A stretch of DNA of 32,000 bases from Nostoc sp. PCC 7120 = FACHB-418. GTDB taxonomy: Bacteria; Cyanobacteriota; Cyanobacteriia; Cyanobacteriales; Nostocaceae. Made by a program: the position numbers and the translations under genes. Below, piece by piece: positions 26,230 through 32,000 of this stretch (the first letter of the stretch is position 1; each line of letters opens with the position of its first letter). The stretch is taken from positions 2,880,001 through 2,912,000 of the forward strand of contig NC_003272.1 of NCBI RefSeq assembly GCF_000009705.1, written 5' to 3'. Below the pieces are notes generated by a model. The model ran no database searches and was not told the DNA's origin. It saw only the letters and a program-made list of their open reading frames with translations.

Positions 26230-28653
26230 TTATCTTCTAAATTGGGAACTGATTGAAGGCCATAAAAATAGCAGAATCAACCATACAAGGGCAAAGGGAA
26301 AGGCTATCAGCCCAAAAATGAAACACAAAATAAACTGAAACCAACCACGTTGAGCGAATTTTATTAATGATTTTAGCCACTGAGGATAAGGCATAGCTTC
26401 AAAAGGAAGCTGAAGTTCTTGGAAAATCGACTCGGCTTGATGCCAGACTGCAAATGCTTCTCGAATTTTGCCACACCGATAATAAGCATTGCTCAAATTC
26501 ATTAAGGATGTACCTACGCCATTGCGATCGCCTATGTCCCTTTTAATTTCCAAAGACTGCTGGAACAACTCAATCGCCCGTTGGTACTTTCCCAGGGAGG
26601 AGTAAGCAGTACCTAAATTGTTTAAGGATGTACCTACGCCATTGCGATCGCCTATGTCCCTTTTGATTTCCAAAGACTGCTGGTGGAACTCAATCGCCTG
26701 TTGGTACTTTCCCAGAGAGTAGTAAGCATTGCCTAAATTGTTTAAAGATCTACCTACACCATTGCAATCACCTATATCCCTTGATATTTCCAAAGACTGC
26801 TGGTGGAACTCAATCGCCCGTTGGTACTCTCCCAGGAAGTAGTAAGTATTGCCTAAATTGTTTAAGGATATACTTACGCCATTGCGATCACCCATGTCCC
26901 TAAAGATTTCCAAAGACTGCTGGCGGAACTCAATTGCCCGTTGGTACTCTCCCAAGGAATGGTAAGCATTGCCTAAACCAATTAAGGAATTACCTACGCC
27001 ATTGCGATCGCCTATATCTCTCGATATTTCCAAAGACTGCTGGAACAACTCAATCGCCCGTTGGTACTCTCCCACGGAGTTGTAAGCATTGCCTAAACCC
27101 ATTAAGGAACCACCTACGCCATTGCGATCGCCTATATCTCTTGATATTTCCAAAGACTGCTGGAACAACTCAATCGCCCGTTGGTACTCTCCCACGGAGT
27201 TGTAAGTATTGCCTAAACCGATTAAGGAATTACTTACGCCGTTGCGATCGCCTATATCCCTAAATATTTCCAAAGACTGCTGGAACAACTCAATCGCCCG
27301 TTGGTACTCTCCCAGGTAACGGTAAGCATTGCCTAATGCAGTGAGAGAAGCCCCATAATTCCAATTTTCTCGCTCACCAATTTCTTTCCATTTACTGATT
27401 AACTGACCATATAATTCTACTTTGTCTACGAAAAAACCGCACAGGCCTAAAAACTTACTACAGACTCGAATGTTATCAAAGGCAGAGTCATAATCTTGCA
27501 ACTGATAAAAGTGATCAAATATTTCCAAATATTCTCTAACATCGTCTTTTGTTGTCCAAGGTGGTTGTTTAGCAACTGAGCGATAATAATCAATGGCTCG
27601 TTGATGCGCCTCACTCTGATCGCCGGCTTTATACCGCACATACTCCAACACCACAGGCTGAAACTCAAATCGCCGCTTACCATTGAGTTTTTCTACCAAC
27701 AAAGAACGCTTAACAATATTCCTTAATTCTTTCTCAATCTCTGCTGCTGAATTTCCTGGCAACATAGCCACGGCTGCTGCACTGTCAACCGCACCACGAT
27801 ACACACTAATATTCAGCAATAACGCCTTTTGTAACTCACTCAATCTATGAAAACTGGCATCCAACACCAACACCATCCCCACATTTTCCCGGCGATGCAC
27901 ACCTACCACTTGAGAATCTGTCAACAACTGCTGCAAATTCCCTAAGCCTAAATCTGCTAATCTACTTAAATCCGGGTCTTGGGGGTATTCTTCCTTTAAT
28001 AAATCTGCTACTAATCTCAACAATAGGGGATGTCCATCGACTAATTCCACAAACTCCCCTAAATTTCCTTTAATGCCCAATGCGGTTAACAGTGCTACCC
28101 CTTCATCTACTTGTAAACCTTTCAGGGTTAACCACTCAAAGCCTTTTAATTCTGGTCTTTCCCTGGTGGTGACTAGCACCTTACTATTACCACCAGATTC
28201 GATCCATGCTTGGAAAAAGTCGCCGTAAAATAAACTTCCCCACTGTCTATCAGGTTGTAATACACTTTCCAGGTTGTCAATAATCAGTAAAAATTGCCCA
28301 GAACGTAAACACCTAACCAACGCCTCCACTAACTGCGTTTCTTGTTCTGGTACATAAAAGCCAAATTCTGTTAATACTTGTCTGGCTAAATCGCTAAAAC
28401 TTGCACCATTACTGACATCAGCCCAAAACCGCTTGGGAAAATCTGCTATTTCGTCATAAATCTTCGTCGCCAGCGTTGATTTACCTGTACCACCGATGCC
28501 TTCTATACCGATTAAAAAGGTATTATCATCAGTTAACCATTGCTGTATTTGAGCGTATTCTTTTGTTCGTCCTTGCCAGTAAGCCAAACTTTTACCGGGA
28601 TTCCCCGCTTTGAGAACCCCCGGCGATTCCGTCTTGGTACTGCTTTCTATCAA
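26230..28653 (-). CDS. STAND NTPase: NB-ARC (AP-ATPase) domain, helical linker, about 8 TPR units and a hydrophobic C-terminal tail (NLR-like)
   Basis: P-loop GIEGIGGTGKSTLA (28474-28500). RNBS-A-like RFWADVS. Walker B LLIIDNLE. RNBS-B-like SKVLVTTR. GLPL-like DGHPLLL. Then 40-aa TPR units GEYQRAIELFQQSLEIxRDIGDRNGVxxSLxxLGNxY. The tail reads WFQFILCFIFGLIAFPFALVWLILLFLWP. The only start codon before the P-loop is TTG (28653); there is no ATG or GTG. Confidence 0.9.
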   Translation of the reverse strand: MIESSTKTESPGVLKAGNPGKSLAYWQGRTKEYAQIQQWLTDDNTFLIGIEGIGGTGKSTLATKIYDEIADFPKRFWADVSNGASFSDLARQVLTEFGFYVPEQETQLVEALVRCLRSGQFLLIIDNLESVLQPDRQWGSLFYGDFFQAWIESGGNSKVLVTTRERPELKGFEWLTLKGLQVDEGVALLTALGIKGNLGEFVELVDGHPLLLRLVADLLKEEYPQDPDLSRLADLGLGNLQQLLTDSQVVGVHRRENVGMVLVLDASFHRLSELQKALLLNISVYRGAVDSAAAVAMLPGNSAAEIEKELRNIVKRSLLVEKLNGKRRFEFQPVVLEYVRYKAGDQSEAHQRAIDYYRSVAKQPPWTTKDDVREYLEIFDHFYQLQDYDSAFDNIRVCSKFLGLCGFFVDKVELYGQLISKWKEIGERENWNYGASLTALGNAYRYLGEYQRAIELFQQSLEIFRDIGDRNGVSNSLIGLGNTYNSVGEYQRAIELFQQSLEISRDIGDRNGVGGSLMGLGNAYNSVGEYQRAIELFQQSLEISRDIGDRNGVGNSLIGLGNAYHSLGEYQRAIEFRQQSLEIFRDMGDRNGVSISLNNLGNTYYFLGEYQRAIEFHQQSLEISRDIGDCNGVGRSLNNLGNAYYSLGKYQQAIEFHQQSLEIKRDIGDRNGVGTSLNNLGTAYSSLGKYQRAIELFQQSLEIKRDIGDRNGVGTSLMNLSNAYYRCGKIREAFAVWHQAESIFQELQLPFEAMPYPQWLKSLIKFAQRGWFQFILCFIFGLIAFPFALVWLILLFLWPSISSQFRR
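26400..27365. repeat. Tandem 120-bp coding repeats (TPR units) inside the STAND gene
   Basis: The string (A/G)TTGC(G/A)ATC(G/A)CC(T/C)AT recurs at 26521, 26641, 26761, 26881, 27001, 27121 and 27241, an exact 120-bp period. Units 27001-27120 and 27121-27240 differ at about 6 of 120 positions. Five of the seven units contain an intact HIP1 site GCGATCGC; the units at 26761 and 26881 carry degenerate versions. Confidence 0.95.
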
Positions 28654-28700
28654 CTCGACTATTTTTTGCTGTGCAGTACCATAAACAGCAATATAGTTAG

Positions 28701-29135
28701 TTACTTTGGGCTGTTGATATTCTTGGTAAAGTCATATTTTGGCTGATTAACATCACCTGCTGTATTTATCTGTATAGCGTCATTGTAAGCTTGAGCATTG
28801 AGATTAACTGAGCTATTATCAGATTTTGTTACTTGCAAAATCTTGGCTATTTCCTCAGCCAGTGTTGTATCAGCATCCAAAATCTTCTTGAGTTGCACTT
28901 GCAAAACAGTTTGGAAACTTTTGTCCTCTGGATTCTCTGCTAAATCTCCAGCCGCTTCTTTGGCGGCTTCCTTCGCCTCTACTTTAGGATGTAACTTACC
29001 CCAAATAGCCTTGGCTTTATCCCAACCATCTGCACCAGCTTGTTGATATGCACCTTCGGCAACTTTACTACCCACATTCAGCAGAGATGGCAGATAGGGT
29101 GCAAGAAATGTAACGATTGAGGCGATATCTATCAT
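28701..29135 (-). CDS. 144-aa helical protein with a hydrophobic N-terminal helix and a Q/N-rich C-terminal tail; a detached (or frameshifted-off) N-terminal module of the STAND NTPase
   Basis: MIDIASIVTFLAPYLPSLLNVGSKVAEGAYQQAG...KVEAKEAAKEAAGDLAENPEDKSFQTVLQVQLKKILDADTTLAEEIAKILQ...SSVNLNAQAYNDAIQINTAGDVNQPKYDF. Its stop lies 47 nt upstream of the NTPase TTG, and the NTPase frame is already open from 28731. Confidence 0.7.
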   Translation of the reverse strand: MIDIASIVTFLAPYLPSLLNVGSKVAEGAYQQAGADGWDKAKAIWGKLHPKVEAKEAAKEAAGDLAENPEDKSFQTVLQVQLKKILDADTTLAEEIAKILQVTKSDNSSVNLNAQAYNDAIQINTAGDVNQPKYDFTKNINSPK

Positions 29136-29237
29136 TGTGAGAACTTATACAATACGTTTGTAACTGTTAGGTAGGATCTTAGCGTATTTACTTAGGTGTG
29201 AAAAGTAATGTAGCAGTTTGTAGTTGAGTCAAATACA

Positions 29238-29325
29238 GACCTAACCCCCAGCCCCTTCCCTACAAGGGAAGGGGAGTAATACTCAAAGCCTCTCTCCTTG
29301 TAGGAGAGAGGTTTGGAGAGAGGTC
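29238..29325. mobile_element. Second copy of the two-hairpin MITE-like core, in the same orientation as 24276-24391
   Basis: CCTAACCCCCAGCCCCTTCCCTACAAGGGAAGGGG...AGCCTCTCTCCTTGTAGGAGAGAGGTTTGGAGAGAGG. It is flanked by direct repeats ATGTAGCAGTTT (29209-29220) and ATGTAGCAGCTT (29358-29369). A related single hairpin AACCCCTTTCC...GGGAAGGGGTT lies at 29443-29469. Confidence 0.6.
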
Positions 29326-29542
29326 AGAGTGCATTGCATACAAACGATAGGCGCTATATGTAGCAGCTTATTGTTGTACTTACAAAGTAAAAATATTAGT
29401 CTAATCTATTACTAGTATTAGGGCATAAGGTGCGATATTTTTAACCCCTTTCCAACACGGGAAGGGGTTATGTTTTATGTATCTCACCTTTACTTAGTGC
29501 GATCGCACCTACTTAGAGGCTATCCTTTGACAATGGAACTGA

Positions 29543-30310
29543 TTAAGGATAATCAAAAACCACACGACCGCCTGGCCGCCAGTCGCAATGGATGAAACCT
29601 CGGTGCATTCCTCTACCTAGTCCTGTACAGTCAGAAGCACGGCAAATTTGTAAGAGTTTGCCAAAATTACCATCTACAGGAGCAATATCCAAAGCTAGAC
29701 CGTTAATATGCTGCGAAAAACGAGCGCCACCTATGCGACGATTCACAGCAGATGTACGATAGGCGGAATTAATGGAAATTGGGCTATCGTATTTATCTCG
29801 AATTTTGCCAAAGCCTCTGGCTGCTTTGATAATGTTGTTAATAATTGTTTTCGATTCGGGATTTCTTTGGGGGTCACATCCCTTAGTGATTTCTCCCCAA
29901 GTTAAGGGAATACCCGCCACCACCAATTCATTTTCGTAAACTGTTTCTCCAGTCACCAACCTTAAGGAACGTCCAGTTTTAGTTCCTAATGTTGATGCAG
30001 GTAAAGGTGTGAGTATTCGAGTTTGTTCTTCATTAGTTTGATGGTCTTCGGCAATCTCTAGTAATGTAGCCGCAGTAGTCGGCCCCAATAAATCAGGGGA
30101 ATCTAGCCAAACGCTCTCTTTAAATTCTGCAAATGCTTTTTGGGTGAGATTACCAGCAATGCCGTCAACACTACCTTTATAAAGTCCCTTCTTATTCAGT
30201 AGGGTTTGAATTTCTTTGATAATATCAGTATCAGCTTCGCTAATCTTAACAGTACTATTACTGGCTTGAAATTTCTCTAAGCTAGAAAATTCTACGGTAG
30301 ATTCTGCCAT
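29543..30310 (-). CDS. Peptidoglycan-binding domain + M15-family zinc D,D-peptidase (cell-wall hydrolase)
   Basis: The ATG at 30310, preceded by AAGGAG, gives MAESTVEFSS... A PG_binding_1-like segment reads IKEIQTLLNKKGLYKGSVDGIAGNLTQKAF. The M15 zinc motifs are SAYRTSAVNRRIGGARFSQHINGLALD (H-x6-D) and GFIHCDWR. The track start at 30409 is a TTG. Confidence 0.85.
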   Translation of the reverse strand: MAESTVEFSSLEKFQASNSTVKISEADTDIIKEIQTLLNKKGLYKGSVDGIAGNLTQKAFAEFKESVWLDSPDLLGPTTAATLLEIAEDHQTNEEQTRILTPLPASTLGTKTGRSLRLVTGETVYENELVVAGIPLTWGEITKGCDPQRNPESKTIINNIIKAARGFGKIRDKYDSPISINSAYRTSAVNRRIGGARFSQHINGLALDIAPVDGNFGKLLQICRASDCTGLGRGMHRGFIHCDWRPGGRVVFDYP

Positions 30311-30871
30311 GAATACATCTCCTTGGGTAATGAATCGAAGTATTACTGCTTCAGAGTTTTTCTCTTGCTGTTTAATGTGGTGATAAAGAACTACAATTCC
30401 CTCGGTCAAATTTCCAATAAGACAAGATTACTCATTGGAAAAAGTCATACAAAGCCATGTAGGCGGGTATAGCTGCGCTTAGGGTAGTAGTAGGAGTTGA
30501 GCAGCGTATTGAATAAATAAGCCTTAGTCCCTTTATATACTAGTAGTTTTGACTAGTCATCTAGTATAACTCTGTAAAATAAAATCGCAAATAATTAGTA
30601 AAAATGATACCAGGTTTAATTATTTTATTGATATATGAATGAACATCAGAACTTAGGAAAATAACTGATTTTCCAGGCATCTGTCACCTTATTTCTACAA
30701 ATGGGTATTATCTAATTCAGTTATATTTAGAATAATGATATTGTGATAAATAGTACATTAGTAGCTAAAACACATAATTATTTCCTGATTTTGTATTAAA
30801 ATTTATTAATAGAAATTGTCGATATCAACTCAAAAGCTGTGACTAGTACACACGTCATCAAGGACATCTGC

Positions 30872-31360
30872 ATGAAAAGAATTATCTGGTATCCCCTGAT
30901 GAGTGCTTTACTAATAGGAGTACATGGACAAGGAATGTCTCCAGCAAGTGCAGGGAACACTCAAAGTACTGCCAAGCAAATTCACAAGGAACTAGTTCAA
31001 CCACAATTGCTAGCTAGACTTCATAAAACTAATACTGTCAATGTCAGTCAGACTGCTAAAGAAATTGATGAAAAAACAGCTCGTAGCTTAGTCTGGAATC
31101 TTCCACAGGTACAACGCAAAGCTAGAACAATTCAGAGACTATCAAGAGGTGCTATCAAGGTAGATGCGATCGTTGATGGTTTACCTACCCCTGATGATCC
31201 TCACTACAAAGTTCGCATCTATGAAGACCAGCCAGACCATAATACAACCATTTATTGGTTTCGTGTGTCTAAAACTGGTGTAATAGAAGCTCTAGATGTT
31301 ATAGAAAATCAGTATATCTCTTTAGAAGCATGGACAGAGCAATTAAGACGAAGACGCTAA
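30872..31360 (+). CDS. Secreted protein of unknown function
   Basis: The ATG at 30872 gives MKRIIWYPLMSALLIGVHGQGMSPASA (signal peptide-like). I recognise no family. The track start at 30839 is a GTG. Confidence 0.6.
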   Translation: MKRIIWYPLMSALLIGVHGQGMSPASAGNTQSTAKQIHKELVQPQLLARLHKTNTVNVSQTAKEIDEKTARSLVWNLPQVQRKARTIQRLSRGAIKVDAIVDGLPTPDDPHYKVRIYEDQPDHNTTIYWFRVSKTGVIEALDVIENQYISLEAWTEQLRRRR

Positions 31361-31398
31361 TATTAATTGAAAATTCAAACTAGAACAAAATATAACTT

Positions 31399-31635
31399 AT
31401 GTCTGAGCAAAAAACCCTCAATCCCTGGAATTATAAACCTTGGTGGTGTCAACCTTGGTCAATTTTACTCACAGGTTTAAGTTTAATTGGTGGTAGCTGG
31501 TTACTGTTAAAAATTATCTGGGTAACTGTAATTGTTGCTATCCCTGTATTAGTTTGGATGGGATTTTTTTTGTTGATTTGGCCGCCACTAATGATTCGCA
31601 GTGGAGTTTTAGAATCTGATGAGTTGGATTCTTAA
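31399..31635 (+). CDS. Small two-helix membrane protein (NPWNYKPWWCQPW motif), conserved-cyanobacterial type
   Basis: MSEQKTLNPWNYKPWWCQPWSILLTGLSLIGGSWLLL...AIPVLVWMGFFLLIWPPLM. I recall the motif from small cyanobacterial hypothetical proteins. Confidence 0.6.
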   Translation: MSEQKTLNPWNYKPWWCQPWSILLTGLSLIGGSWLLLKIIWVTVIVAIPVLVWMGFFLLIWPPLMIRSGVLESDELDS

Positions 31636-31826
31636 TACAACAGTATTGCCAAATCGACTTTTTGCGATTTGCTACTGAATAATTTATTCCTAAAGATTGA
31701 TAAATATTTATATTAGTTAATTAAACTTAATCTTTATAAGAGTTATGAACTAAGATAGTTTTAAGTACAAGAATTTTATTAATTTGGGTTTAAAGGATTT
31801 CCAAGTAAAAAAATATTTTATTGGGA

Positions 31827-31878
31827 TTGTTGACCGTTGACGGTTCACAGTTCACAGTTAACAGTCAACGGTCAACAA
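31827..31878. repeat. Strong hairpin built from STRR-like heptamers
   Basis: TTGTTGACCGTTGAC (31827-31841) is the perfect complement of GTCAACGGTCAACAA (31864-31878). The loop is GGTTCACAGTTCACAGTTAACA. Confidence 0.85.
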
Positions 31879-31980
31879 CTTTCAACGGAATAATTTCTTT
31901 TTTGGAGTTCCCTAATCCAGAAGATTTCTTTCCTAATCTATTAAGTCTATTCAATAATTAACGTTAGTAAACTTAATAAT

Positions 31981-32000
31981 ATGAAAATTTTAATTGTCGA
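31981..32000 (+). CDS. Start of an ORF running off the right edge (MKILIV...; a typical response-regulator beginning)
   Basis: Only ATGAAAATTTTAATTGTCGA is visible, so the call is very weak. Confidence 0.2.

Noticed and set aside
26934-27263. Plus-strand 109-aa ORF within the repeat array.
   Set aside because: It is antisense to the STAND gene and is itself a 40-codon periodic artefact of the repeats, which happen to lack stops on the opposite strand. It has no independent coding signal.
26400-27365. The regularly spaced 120-bp repeats could be mistaken for a CRISPR array.
   Set aside because: The whole 120-bp unit repeats, so there are no unique spacers. The array lies inside a continuous 807-codon ORF and translates to canonical 40-aa TPR units. 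No cas genes are present.
28704-28745. Programmed -1 ribosomal frameshift joining the 144-aa ORF to the NTPase ORF.
   Set aside because: The NTPase frame is the -1 frame of the small ORF. However, I see no X-XXY-YYZ slippery heptamer in the 28-nt window where both frames are open (GACTTTACCAAGAATATCAACAGCCCAAAG), and no obvious downstream pseudoknot. A mutation, duplication or assembly error is more parsimonious.
28560-28790. A clear shared amyloid (BASS-type) motif between the C-terminus of the 144-aa protein and the N-terminus of the NTPase.
   Set aside because: By-eye comparison of NAQAYNDAIQINTAGDVNQ with VLKAGNPGK or NYIAVYGTAQQ gives only an A-G dipeptide and general Q/N richness. That is not enough to claim a motif pair, so I kept it only as a hypothesis.

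Overview
This window looks like a chromosomal segment from a filamentous, heterocyst-forming cyanobacterium of the Nostoc/Anabaena type. Three things support that. The ORF at 6064..6576 reads, from memory, as the Anabaena/Nostoc PCC 7119/7120 flavodoxin IsiB. The HIP1 octamer GCGATCGC recurs throughout, inside and outside genes. Heptamer tandem repeats of the STRR kind and MITE-like hairpin repeats sit at gene boundaries. I saw no rRNA, tRNA, CRISPR array or transposase.

Most of the window is ordinary chromosome: a class-III aminotransferase, a DUF1338/HglS-like protein, isiB with a downstream alpha/beta-fold gene, a rhodanese/GT2/DUF547 cluster, a PaaK-like adenylate-forming ligase, two tandem zinc-ribbon Ser/Thr kinases, DUF4336, a protease-domain-only M41-like protein, a REC-GGDEF protein, a small HMA protein and alaS.

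Two accessory islands stand out.

1. 2454-4536: five minus-strand genes. They are a Uma2 nuclease, an orphan antitoxin-like gene, a HigB/HigA-type pair and DUF433. They sit between two plus-strand metabolic genes.

2. About 24250-30310: an entirely minus-strand block with copies of one MITE-like hairpin element at 24254-24420 and 29238-29325; all of the block except the M15 peptidase lies between them. It holds an HNH nuclease with a small acidic partner, a PIN toxin/antitoxin pair and an 807-aa NB-ARC + TPR STAND (NLR-like) NTPase. The NTPase has near-identical 120-bp repeats and a hydrophobic C-terminal tail. Also present are a detached 144-aa helical protein with a Q/N-rich tail and a peptidoglycan-binding M15 peptidase.

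The NLR-like locus is my best candidate for an undescribed conflict or defence system. One caveat applies: the 144-aa ORF and the NTPase ORF are separated only by a 1-nt frame offset, and the NTPase has no ATG or GTG start. They may therefore be one disrupted gene.

All family names come from motif recognition by eye, not from searches.
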